From an uncultured Candidatus Rokubacteria bacterium (GTDB lineage: Bacteria; Methylomirabilota; Methylomirabilia; Rokubacteriales; CSP1-6): a stretch of 64,000 bases of DNA. The notes beneath the pieces were generated by a model. It made no database searches, was not told the DNA's origin, and saw nothing but the letters and a program-made list of their open reading frames with translations. The stretch is taken from contig CAVPPZ010000004.1 of the NCBI GenBank assembly GCA_963707305.1, positions 298,590 to 362,589 on the forward strand. Direction: 5' to 3'. The position numbers and the translations under genes are program-made. Below, piece after piece: positions 10,065 through 19,849 of this stretch. How positions within the stretch are numbered: the first letter of the stretch is position 1; the number at the start of each line of letters is the position of its first letter.

Positions 10065-10098
10065 AAGCGACGGCCGCGCGCGATGTTAGACTCGCCGC

Positions 10099-11289
10099 GT
10101 GGCGCTGCCGCTCGAAGGGATCGTCGTCGTGGATCTCACCCAGAACGTCGCGGGCCCGTTCTGCTCGCAGATCCTCGGCGACATGGGCGCCGAGGTCATC
10201 AAGGTGGAGCGGCCGGGACGCGGCGACGACGCGCGCGCGTGGGCGCCGCCGTGGTGGGGCGACGAGAGCTCTGCGTTCATGGCGTTCAACCGCAACAAGA
10301 AGAGCCTGGCGCTCGACCTCAAGCACGAGGCGGGCCTGGCGGTCCTGCGACGGCTGGTCGCACGCGCGGACGTCTTCATCCAGAGCCTCCGCGCCGGGGT
10401 CATCGGCGAGCTTGGCCTGGATTTCGCGGGAGCCTCGGCGCTGAACCCGCGCCTCGTCTACTGCTCCATCACCGCGTTCGGCACCCGCGGCCCCCTCGCC
10501 AGCCGGCCGGGCTACGATCCGCTCATGCAGGCCTACGCCGGCCTGATGTCGATCAACGGGCATCCGGGCGCCGAGCCGGCGCGCGTCGGGACGTCGATCG
10601 TCGACATGGGCACCGGGATGTGGGCGGCGCTCGGCATCGTGGCGGCGCTGCGGCAGCGCGACGCGACCGGCCGCGCCGTCGAGGTGACGACCGCGCTCTT
10701 CGAGACCGCGCTGATGTGGGTCTCGTATCAGGCCATGGGCTACTTCGCGTCGGGCGAGGTGCCGGAGCCGCAAGGGTCGGGCACCTTGATGATCGCGCCG
10801 TACCAGGCGTTCCGTGTCGCCGACGGGTACGTGATGATCGCGGCCGGCTCGGACGCGCTCTTCGCGCGACTCGCGGGAGCGCTCGGCGTCCCCGAGCTCG
10901 CGCGCGACCCGCGATTCATCGACAATCCGACGCGCGTCGCCAATCGCGCGGTCCTCGTCGAGACCATCACGGCGCTGACGGCGGATCGCAAGGCCGCCGA
11001 TCTCCTCGAGGCGCTGCGCGTGGCCGGCGTGCCGAGCGCGCCGATCTTCCGCATGGACCAGGTGATGGCGGAGCCGCAGACGCGCGAGAGCGGCATGGTG
11101 ATCGCGGCGCCGCACCCGCGCCTGCCGGACTACCGCTCGATCGGCCTGCCGCTCCAGTGGGACGGCGCACGCCCCGGCGTGCGGCGCGTGCCGCCGAAGC
11201 TCGGCGAGCACGACGCCGACGTCCTCACGTGGCTCGGCTACACGCTCGACGACATCCGCAGCCTGCGGCAGCAGAAGGTGCTCGGGTGA
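10099..11289 (+). CDS. CoA-transferase family III (CaiB/BaiF/Frc-like)
   Basis: GTG start. LPLEGIVVVDLTQNVAGPFC, GAEVIKVERPGRGDD, CSITAFGTRGP, EHDADVL. Divergent from the regulator with only ~34 bp between starts. Confidence 0.85.
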   Translation: MALPLEGIVVVDLTQNVAGPFCSQILGDMGAEVIKVERPGRGDDARAWAPPWWGDESSAFMAFNRNKKSLALDLKHEAGLAVLRRLVARADVFIQSLRAGVIGELGLDFAGASALNPRLVYCSITAFGTRGPLASRPGYDPLMQAYAGLMSINGHPGAEPARVGTSIVDMGTGMWAALGIVAALRQRDATGRAVEVTTALFETALMWVSYQAMGYFASGEVPEPQGSGTLMIAPYQAFRVADGYVMIAAGSDALFARLAGALGVPELARDPRFIDNPTRVANRAVLVETITALTADRKAADLLEALRVAGVPSAPIFRMDQVMAEPQTRESGMVIAAPHPRLPDYRSIGLPLQWDGARPGVRRVPPKLGEHDADVLTWLGYTLDDIRSLRQQKVLG

Positions 11290-12074
11290 GTTACCAGCAC
11301 CTCCTCGTCGAGCGCTCGGACGGCGGTCACGTGGTCACGGTGACGCTGAACCGCCCCGAGCAGATGAACGCGATGAACACCGCGATGGGCGAGGACCTCC
11401 TCGCGTGCTTCGAGGCGCTGCACCACGATCGCGAGGCGCGCGCCATCGTGTTCACCGGCGCCGGCGACCGGGCGTTCTGTGCGGGCGGCGACCTCAAGGA
11501 GCGCAACGGGATGACGGACGAGGCGTGGCGGGCCCAGCACGTCATCTTCGAGCAGGCCGCGTTCCGCGTGCTGCGCTGCCCGGTGCCCGTCATCGCCGCC
11601 GTCGAGGGCTTCGCGCTGGCGGGGGGCTGCGAGCTCGCCGTGCTCTCCGACTTCATCGTCGCCAGCGAGACCGCGGTGTTCGGCGTGCCCGAGACGACGC
11701 TGGCCATCTTCCCGGGCATCGGCGGCACGCAGCTCTTGCCGCGCATCCTCGGCGCGCCGCTCGCGAAGGAGCTGATCTTCACGGGGCGCCGCATGAAGGC
11801 GGAGGAGGCGAAGGCCGCGGGCCTCGTCAACCACCTCGTGCCCAAGGGCCAGGCGCGCGCGAAGGCGCTCGAGATCGCGGAGACCATCGCGCGGAACGGG
11901 CCGATCGCCGTGCGGCAGGCGAAGAAGGCGATCGCCTACGGGCTCGAGACCGATCTGGAGACCGGCATGATCCTCGCCATCGAGGCCTACAATGCCACCG
12001 TGGTGACCGAGGACCGGCTCGAGGGCGTGCGGGCGTTCAACGAGAAGCGGACGCCGCAGTTCAGGGGAAAATAG
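11286..12074 (+). CDS. Enoyl-CoA hydratase/isomerase (crotonase fold)
   Basis: GTGA start/stop overlap with the upstream gene. VFTGAGDRAFCAGGDL, AAVEGFALAGGCELA, C-terminal RAFNEKRTPQF. Confidence 0.85.
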   Translation: MSYQHLLVERSDGGHVVTVTLNRPEQMNAMNTAMGEDLLACFEALHHDREARAIVFTGAGDRAFCAGGDLKERNGMTDEAWRAQHVIFEQAAFRVLRCPVPVIAAVEGFALAGGCELAVLSDFIVASETAVFGVPETTLAIFPGIGGTQLLPRILGAPLAKELIFTGRRMKAEEAKAAGLVNHLVPKGQARAKALEIAETIARNGPIAVRQAKKAIAYGLETDLETGMILAIEAYNATVVTEDRLEGVRAFNEKRTPQFRGK

Positions 12075-12082
12075 GGAGTGAG

Positions 12083-13249
12083 ATGACGACGCTCCGGCTC
12101 ACGTTGACCGACGACCAGCGCGCGCTCAAGGCGGGCGTCGTGGAGATCTGCAAGCGCTACCCGGGCGAGTACTGGCGCGAGCTCGACGCGAAGCGCGAGT
12201 ACCCCGAAGCGTTCGTGAACGAGCTGACCCGGGCGGGCTACCTCGGCGCGCTCATCCCCCAGGAGTACGGCGGGGCCGGGCTGCCGATCGTGGACGGCGC
12301 GCTCATCCTCCAGACCATCCACGAGTACGGCGGCAACGCGGCGGCGTGCCACGCGCAGATGTACATCATGGGCACCGTGCTCCGCCACGGCAGCGAGGCG
12401 CAGAAGAAGAAGTACCTGCCGAAGATCGCCACGGGCGACCTGCGCCTCCAGGCGTTCGGGGTCACGGAGCCGAACGCGGGCTCGGACACGATGATGCTGC
12501 AGACCACCGCGATCCGTGACGGCGACCGCTACATCGTCAACGGTCAGAAGATGTTCATCTCGCGCGCCATGCAGTCCGACCTCATGCTGCTCCTCGCGCG
12601 CACCACGCCCCGCGACAAGGCGAAGAAGCGCGGCGAAGGCCTCTCCGTGTTCCTGTTCGACATCCGGAACCTGAAGGGCTTCGAGATCCGGCCGCTCCGC
12701 ATGATGATGAACCACTCCACCAACGCGCTCTTCTTCGACAACGTGGAGATCCCGGCCGACAGCCTCATCGGTGAGGAGGGCCGGGGCTTCCACTACATCC
12801 TCGACGGCATGAACGCCGAGCGCATCCTCGTGGCGTCGGAGTCGATCGGCGACGGCCACTGGTTCGTCGAGAAGGCCGTGGCGTACTCGAACCAGCGCGT
12901 GATCTTCGGCAAGCCCATCGGCGCCAACCAGGGCGTCCAGTTCCCCGTCGCCAAGGCCCACATGGCGGTGGAGACCGCGCAGCTCATGCGGGACAAGGCG
13001 GCGGCGCTGTTCGACGCGGGCGAGCCGTGCGGGGCGGAAGCGAACATGGCGAAGTACCTCGCGGCGGAGGCGGCGTGGGAGGCCGGCAACGCCTGCATCG
13101 ACTGTCACGGCGGCTACGGCTACGCCGAGGAGTACGACATCGAGCGCAAGTTCCGCGAGTCGCGCCTCTACAAGACCGCGCCCATCAACAACAACCTCGT
13201 GCTCGCCTACGTCGGCCAGCACGTCCTGGGGATGCCGCGATCGTACTGA
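12083..13249 (+). CDS. Acyl-CoA dehydrogenase
   Basis: ATG preceded by AGGGAG. AFGVTEPNAGSD, YIVNGQKMFIS, GGYGYAEEYDIERKFRESRL. Confidence 0.85.
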   Translation: MTTLRLTLTDDQRALKAGVVEICKRYPGEYWRELDAKREYPEAFVNELTRAGYLGALIPQEYGGAGLPIVDGALILQTIHEYGGNAAACHAQMYIMGTVLRHGSEAQKKKYLPKIATGDLRLQAFGVTEPNAGSDTMMLQTTAIRDGDRYIVNGQKMFISRAMQSDLMLLLARTTPRDKAKKRGEGLSVFLFDIRNLKGFEIRPLRMMMNHSTNALFFDNVEIPADSLIGEEGRGFHYILDGMNAERILVASESIGDGHWFVEKAVAYSNQRVIFGKPIGANQGVQFPVAKAHMAVETAQLMRDKAAALFDAGEPCGAEANMAKYLAAEAAWEAGNACIDCHGGYGYAEEYDIERKFRESRLYKTAPINNNLVLAYVGQHVLGMPRSY

Positions 13250-13560
13250 CGCCGAACGCGCGATCCCGCCGGCGCCGTTCGCGCTCCGCGGGCGCGGGAG
13301 CGGCGGCGCCTCAAGTTCTATCTCATCACGGGCATCCTCGTCCTGGCGGTCGCCTTCGTCGTGGTGCCGCTCATCACCAGGCTCGTCGACTCGATGATGG
13401 GGTTCGACCCGGTCGGCTACGAACCCAAGGACTCCGCCCGCTCGAAGTCGGTCACGCTCCGCGGCGTCACCGACCTCTTCACCGGCGCCGAGGCGTACCT
13501 CTCCATCGCCTTCCTCCTCCTCTGCGCGCTGTTCTTCATGCGGAGCCGGCGGATAGACAT

Positions 13561-13583
13561 GGGGGGTGCGAGACGCACCCCCC
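13561..13583. terminator. Perfect 10-bp GC stem-loop GGGGGGTGCG-AGA-CGCACCCCCC, no downstream U-tract
   Basis: Read directly. Lies ~310 bp downstream of the acyl-CoA dehydrogenase stop and ~100 bp upstream of the lyase start. Confidence 0.3.
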
Positions 13584-13679
13584 AAGCCCCCCGCGCTCCG
13601 CGGCCCGGCGAAGCCGTGCCGCTCCGGCGGACGTGCCGTTCCCCTGCGGGCTCGCCGGACCTGACGTACACTGGCGCCC

Positions 13680-14600
13680 ATGAACCTGCCCCCGCGCGTG
13701 ACCCTCTGTGAAGTCGGGACCCGGGACGGGTTCCAGATCGAGCCCGAGTTCATCGCCACCGACGAGAAGATCGAGGTCGTCGATCTGCTCTCCGCGGCCG
13801 GCGTGCCGCGCATCGAGGTCACCTCGTTCGTCCATCCGAAGGCGATCCCGCAGCTGCGCGACGCCGAGCAGGTCATGGCGCGCATCCGGCGCCGGCCGGG
13901 CACGCGCTACGCGGCGCTGGTGCCGAACGACAAGGGCGCCGCGCGCGCGGTGGACGCGGGCGTGGACGCCATCCACACGGTGGTGTCGGCCAGCGAGAGC
14001 CACAACCTCGCCAACGTCAACATGACGGTCGCCGAGTCGCTCGTGAAGCTCCGCGGGGTGATGGAGATCGCCGCCCGCGCGCGCGTGCCGGTGCAGGCCG
14101 GGATCTCGACCTCGTTCGGCTGCCCGTTCGAAGGCGACGTCCCGCTCGACCGCCTCGAATGGGTCGTCCGCGCGCTGGTCGACATGGGAGCCGGCGCCAT
14201 CGGCATCGCGGACACGACCGGCATGGCGAACCCGCGCCAGGTCACCCGGACGTTCGAGCACCTGATGCCACGCTTCCCCGGCGTGGAGTGGACGATCCAC
14301 ACCCACGATACGCGCGCGATGGCCATCCCGAACATCCTCGCGGCGATGGAGATGGGCGTCACGACCATCGACGCGTCGATCGGCGGCCTCGGCGGCTGCC
14401 CGTTCGCGCCGGGCGCATCCGGGAACGTGTGCAGCGAGGACCTCGTGCACTGCCTGCACGCGATGGGCATCGAGACGGGCATCGATCTCGACCGGCTCAT
14501 CGCGGTCTCGCGTCGCGTGCAATCGATCGTCGGCCGCGCGCTCCCCGGCCAGGTCGTGAAGGCCGGGCAAGTCCGACCGTCGCTACCCGCTCCCCGACGG
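13680..14600 (+). CDS. HMG-CoA lyase family (hydroxymethylglutaryl-CoA / citramalyl-CoA lyase-like); 3' end uncertain
   Basis: MNLPPRVTLCEVGTRDGFQ, TVVSASESHNLANVNM, IADTTGMANP, TIHTHDTRAMA, GLGGCPFAPGASGNV. Homologues end ~10 aa after ...GQVVKAG, but the frame stays open to 15344 across the next gene. A 1-nt indel near 14570-14620 is suspected. Confidence 0.75.
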
Positions 14601-14625
14601 CATCGCCGAGCGCCTCCCTGCGCGC

Positions 14626-15192
14626 GTGATCACGAAAAAGGCCAGGCGGATGCTGGCGCTGATCGATCGCGCCACCACGCTCTGGCACATCCCGGTCGTC
14701 GGACGCGCCAAGGGCCGGCTGATCCGGCGCCTCATCGAGCGTCACGGCTGTCACCGCGGCATCGAGCTCGGCTCGCTGATCGGCTACTCGGCGATCCTGA
14801 TCGCGAGCGCGATGCCCTCGAAGGGCCGCCTCGTCTGCGTCGAGTCGAACGACTTCCTCTCCTGGATGACCGAGGCGAACGCGGCGGAAGCGGGCCTCGC
14901 GCGCAAGGTGAAGGTCGTCACCGGCGACGCGCTGCGCGTGATCCCGCTCATCCCCGGCCGCTTCGACTTCGCCTTCATCGACGCCGCGAAGCCCGACTAC
15001 CTCGACTACCTCCGCCAGCTCGAGCCCAAGCTCCTCGGCGGCGCCGTCGTCATCGCGGACAACACCGGCGCCGGCTTCCGCCGCGACGTGAAGCCGTACC
15101 TCGACTACGTGCGCGACCCGGCCGGCCGCTACACGAGCCGCGAGTACGACTTCGACGACGACGCGATGGAGGTCAGCGTCCTGACGCGCTGA
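14626..15192 (+). CDS. Class I SAM-dependent O-methyltransferase (caffeoyl-CoA OMT-like, Methyltransf_3)
   Basis: GTG start. IELGSLIGYSAILIA, VCVESNDF, AFIDAAKPDY, VVIADN. Confidence 0.7.
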   Translation: MITKKARRMLALIDRATTLWHIPVVGRAKGRLIRRLIERHGCHRGIELGSLIGYSAILIASAMPSKGRLVCVESNDFLSWMTEANAAEAGLARKVKVVTGDALRVIPLIPGRFDFAFIDAAKPDYLDYLRQLEPKLLGGAVVIADNTGAGFRRDVKPYLDYVRDPAGRYTSREYDFDDDAMEVSVLTR

Positions 15193-16334
15193 GCGGCCGC
15201 GCGGCCGGCCCGATGTACTCCGCGCGCGGACGGATGAGCCGGTTGTCCGCGAACTGCTCGAAGATGTGCGCCATCCACCCCGCCGAGCGTCCCACCGCGA
15301 AGATCGACGTGCAGAAGTCCGGCGGGATGCCGAGCGCGTCGTAGACCACCGCCGAGAAGAAGTCGACGTTCACCGGCAGGGACGTGCGCGCGTGCATCGC
15401 GTCGTACACGCCCTGCGCCACCTCGAACAGCCGCGTCTTGCCGGTGGCGTCCGCCATCGACTTCGCCATGCCGCGCAGCACGCGGGCGCGCGCGTCGTCC
15501 ACCTTGTAGACGCGGTGGCCGAAGCCCGGCATGCGCGCCTTCGGATCCGCTCGCTCGGCCTTCGACAGGGCGCCGCGCGCGCCGATCCGCGCCTCGACGA
15601 ACGCCTCCGCGCGCGCGGGGTCGGCGATCTCCAGCAGCATCGCGAGGACGTCCTCGTTGGCGCCGCCGTGCCGCGGGCCCTTCAGCGTCGCCACCGCCGC
15701 CGTGACCGCGGCGTGGAGATCGGCGAGGGTCGCCACCGCGACCCGCGCGGCGAACGTGGAGGCGTTGAGCTCGTGATCCGCGTGGAGGATCAGCGCGACG
15801 TCGAGCACGTGCGCCACCTCCGCCGAGGGCGCGCGCCCGTCGAGCAGGTGCAGGAACCGCGCGGCGTGGCCGCCGCCCACACCCCCTGCCGGCGCCTCCA
15901 CCGGCGCGCGGCCGGTCCGGATGCGCTGCCACGCGGCGACCGTCTCGGGCACGAGGTTCATCAGGCGGTACGCCTTGCGGAGATTCGCGTCAGGATCGGA
16001 GGCGCGGGTGTCGGGATCGTAGGCGGCGGCGAGCGAGACGGCCGTGCGAAGCGCGTCGAGCGGATGCGTGTCGCGCGGCAGCCCGTCGAGGAGCGCGCGG
16101 ATCTCCTTCGGCAGCCCGCGCGTGGCCGCGAGGCGCCGGCGATGCTCGGCGGCGGCGGCCGCGTCCGGCAGCTCGCCGAACCACAGCAGGTACGTCACGT
16201 CCTCGAACGTCGATCCCGCGCGCGAGGTCGCCGATGTCGTAGCCGCGGAAGAACAGCCGGCCCTCCTCGCCGTCCACGCGACAGATCGCCGAGCGCCCCG
16301 CCACCACGTCCTCGAGCCCCGCCTTCCAGTCCAT
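15173..16334 (-). CDS. Citrate synthase (or 2-methylcitrate synthase), one frameshift near 16200-16230
   Basis: N-terminus MDWKAGLEDVVAGRSAICRVDGEEGRLFFRGYDIGDLA in one frame. Remainder STFEDVTYLLWFGELP...GFGHRVYKVDDARA...MPGFGHR-type motifs in another. Confidence 0.75.
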
Positions 16335-16373
16335 GCCGGCCTCCTTTGAACTCGCGGGCTCCCGGGCTTCGCC

Positions 16374-16443
16374 CGCCCGCTCGGGCGCCCGCTCCTTGGT
16401 TGTGCGAACGCCCGCTCGGGCGCCCGCTCTTTGGTTGCCTGAG
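16374..16443. promoter_or_regulatory. Two tandem 35-bp direct repeats, each with the palindrome CGCCCGCTCGGGCG, in the divergent citrate-synthase / HTH intergenic region
   Basis: Repeat A 16374-16408 cgcccgctcgggcgcccgctccttggttgtgcgaa. Repeat B 16409-16443 cgcccgctcgggcgcccgctctttggttgcctgag. Followed by AT-rich cttgatttgacttgac (TTGAC repeats) and attata, which is TATAAT on the minus strand. Confidence 0.4.
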
Positions 16444-16523
16444 CGTGATTATACTTGATTTGACTTGACTCCACCGCAATGGCCTGTGGACGGGCCGGGG
16501 ACGGGGCTGTTAGCGTGGGGGCG

Positions 16524-16781
16524 ATGGTGATCGTCGACGGCGAGGAATACCTGACGGTGGACGAAGCGGCCGCCCTCATGGGCGTGAAGCCGGCCACGCT
16601 CTACGCCTACGTGAGCCGTGGCATCCTGCGCAGCTACCGGCAGGGCATCAAGCGACAACGGCTCTACCGGCGCGCCGAGGTCGAGGGCCTCATCCGGATG
16701 GCGCCGAGCGTCCCGGTCGAGGGCGACGATTCGTCCAAGCTCCCCGACATCCCGCTCGCCGAGTCCTGGATCAGGGACTGA
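16524..16781 (+). CDS. Small helix-turn-helix DNA-binding protein (excisionase/MerR-like HTH_17 type)
   Basis: EYLTVDEAAALMGVKPATLYAYVSRGILRSYRQG. Alternative ATG at 16479. Stop overlaps the start of the next gene (TGATG). Confidence 0.5.
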   Translation: MVIVDGEEYLTVDEAAALMGVKPATLYAYVSRGILRSYRQGIKRQRLYRRAEVEGLIRMAPSVPVEGDDSSKLPDIPLAESWIRD

Positions 16782-17731
16782 TGCGGACGGCGGCGTTCCT
16801 CTCTCCGGGCGGTGATTTCGGCGCCGCCCTCGACCTCGCCCGGCGCGCCGACGCCCTCGGCTACGACAGCCTCTGGGTCACGCACGGCCTCGGCCGCGAT
16901 TCCTTCCTGGTCCTCGCCGCCTATGGCGCGGCGACGACGCGCGCGCGCCTCGGCGTCGGGGTGCTGCCGATCTATCCGCGTCATCCGGTGGCCACCGCGC
17001 AGGCCGCGCTCACGCTCGCCGAGCAGACGCGGCGGCCGGTACATTCTCGGTCTCGGCGTGAGCCACAAGGCCTCCATGGAGCAGCAGCTCGGCCTGAAGC
17101 TCGACGAGCCCCTCGGGGTGATGCGCGAGTACGTGGCGGTCCTGCGCGGCGCGTTCGGAGACGGCGCGCGCTTCGAGGGCAAGCACTACCGCGTGCAGTG
17201 GAGCATGGCGCTGCCGGGCAAGCTGCCCGCGCCGCCGGTCTACCTGGCCGCGCTCTCGACGAAGATGCTCGAGCTCGCCGGTGAGATCGCCGACGGCGTC
17301 GTGCTCTGGCTGTGCGATCCGACCTACATCCGCACCGTCGCGGTCCCGGCGCTCGAGCGCGGGCGGCGGCGCGCGGGCAAGACCCTCGACGGCTTCGAGA
17401 TCGTCGCGTCGGTGCCGCTCGCCGTCACCGACGATCCGGGCAACGCGCGCGAAGCGTTCCGCGGCGAGCTCGCGCGCTATCTCTCGTTGCCGTTCTACCG
17501 CGCGATGCTGGAGGCGAGCGGCCACGCGCCTCCGTGAAGCGCTTCGATACCAGCCGCGCGGCGGACGATGCGCTGCTGGAAGCCCTGGGCGCCATCGGCG
17601 ACCGCGCGACGTGCCGCGCCTACGTGGAGCGCTATCGCGCGGCCGGCGTCACGCTGCCCGCCATCCGCCCCATCACCTTCCCCGACGCGCCCTGGTACCG
17701 CCGCACCCTGGAGGATGCCGCGGGCGCCTGA
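16781..17731 (+). CDS. LLM-class (luciferase-like) flavin/F420-dependent oxidoreductase, two compensating frameshifts (~17030 and ~17530)
   Basis: GYDSLWVTHGLGRDSF...LAEQ then +1 frame GGRYILGLGVSHK...VYLAALSTKMLELAGEIADGV, then back to the original frame ...GDRATCRAYVERYRAAGVTLP. Confidence 0.7.
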
Positions 17732-17756
17732 CGTCTGGCCTGTCTCCGGCGCGGTC

Positions 17757-18488
<732 letters not shown>

Positions 18489-18489
18489 C

Positions 18490-19839
18490 TCACGGCCGGG
18501 CCGCGCTCCCGCCGGCCGTGCGGGCGAGCGCGTCCAGCTCGGCGCGCAGCGCGCGGCGCCGGGCGTGGAACCGGCGGTGCAGGTCCGGGCGGAAGAGGAA
18601 CGCGAGGAACCCGACCACCTGGCCGCGGAATCGTCGCAGGCGCTCCTGCCAGCCGAGCGCGAAGAACCCGCTCGGGACGAGCGCGACGAGGAAGCCCGCG
18701 ACCGCCCACGCGCCCGCGATCCGGCCGAGCGCCCACGCTTCCATCGCCCAGCACACGGGGAACGCGACGATGGCGACGGCGAGCTTGACGGTCGCCACCA
18801 TGTCGTCGTCCGGCGTGGCGACGCGCACGACGAGCCGGGGCAGCTGATACGGCAGCCCATGCACGAGCACGCCCCACAGCGCGAGCGGCGCCCCGAGCAG
18901 CAGCGAGCCTCCCTCTCGCAGCGTATAGCGGGCCACCCGGGCGGCGGAGTAGCGCGCCGGGATCCGCTCGTCGAAGCCGGCCAGCTCCCGGTCCTTCTCG
19001 TAGCGCTCGAGCTCCTGACGGAACCGCATGACGCGCTCGGGCGCATCACGTCGCAGGGTCCTGTACGCCACCATCACGCCGCGCATCCAGGCGGCCTGCT
19101 CGGCGGCGTCATCGTCGGCGCGCGCGTGCCACAACCGGGCGATCGCGGTGACGAGCTGGAGGGTGCGGCGATCCTCGGCCTCGACCACCAGCGCGCGGAG
19201 CGCGGACGCGATCCCGTCGGTCAATCCGCGCACGGTCCCTTCCGGGTCGATGGCGTAGGCGCCGACGAGATCGCGCGTCGGCACCGGCTCGCCCACGAGC
19301 ACCAGGGCGCGGCCCGTGCGGAACGTGCCGGGCTCCTCGTACACGAGCCCGACCGGGAGGAGCGTCACGCCGAGCGCCCCGGCCTTCAGGTGCTCCGCGC
19401 CGAGGACGAGGCGCGCGGCGCCCGTGCGGAGCGGCATGAGCACGGGCTCCGGCTGACTCACGCCCTCGGGGAAGAGCAGGATGGCCTCGCCCGCGGCGAG
19501 CAGCTCGCTGACGCGATCGAACGCGGCCGCATTGCGATCCGGCCCCCCCTCGCTCTCGTGACGCCGGTGCACCGGGATGGCGCCGATGAGATGAAGGAGC
19601 GTGCCGAGCACGGGAATGCGGAACAGGGGGGCCTTGGCGATCGGCCGCAGCGCCCGCGGCAACCGCGCCAGGAGCAGCAGGGGATCGACGAGCGCGTTCT
19701 GGTGGTTGGCGACGACGACGAGCGGACCGCGGACGGGGACGCGCTCGAGGCCCGCGACGTCCACACGGCGATAGAAGGTCGCGACCAACAGCCGCGCCGT
19801 GACCGCGATCGCGCGCGCAATCATGGCCCTGGTGTACAA
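18490..19839 (-). CDS. Lysophospholipid (1-acyl-sn-glycerol-3-phosphate) acyltransferase, PlsC-like, with C-terminal transmembrane extension
   Basis: VVANHQNALVDP (HX4D acyltransferase motif), LLFPEG, hydrophobic C-terminal segments. Confidence 0.7.
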   Translation of the reverse strand: MYTRAMIARAIAVTARLLVATFYRRVDVAGLERVPVRGPLVVVANHQNALVDPLLLLARLPRALRPIAKAPLFRIPVLGTLLHLIGAIPVHRRHESEGGPDRNAAAFDRVSELLAAGEAILLFPEGVSQPEPVLMPLRTGAARLVLGAEHLKAGALGVTLLPVGLVYEEPGTFRTGRALVLVGEPVPTRDLVGAYAIDPEGTVRGLTDGIASALRALVVEAEDRRTLQLVTAIARLWHARADDDAAEQAAWMRGVMVAYRTLRRDAPERVMRFRQELERYEKDRELAGFDERIPARYSAARVARYTLREGGSLLLGAPLALWGVLVHGLPYQLPRLVVRVATPDDDMVATVKLAVAIVAFPVCWAMEAWALGRIAGAWAVAGFLVALVPSGFFALGWQERLRRFRGQVVGFLAFLFRPDLHRRFHARRRALRAELDALARTAGGSAARP

Positions 19840-19849
19840 CAGTAGGCCG

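Noticed and set aside
10054-10069. Possible sigma-54 -24/-12 element TGGGGCGACACAAGCG upstream of the CoA-transferase gene
   Set aside because: GG and GC have the correct 10-nt spacing. However, the conserved CAC and TTGC positions are not matched, and it lies inside the regulator's start codon region. Too weak to call.
9315-12074. 919-aa plus-strand ORF
   Set aside because: Only the last 262 codons (enoyl-CoA hydratase, from GTG 11286) carry protein motifs. The rest overlaps the regulator and CoA-transferase in wrong frames.
13361-13711. 116-aa ORF from GTG
   Set aside because: Second half is Arg/Pro-rich and reads through the GC hairpin and into the lyase gene. Only the first ~60 codons look protein-like. 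Kept as a finding, not a feature.
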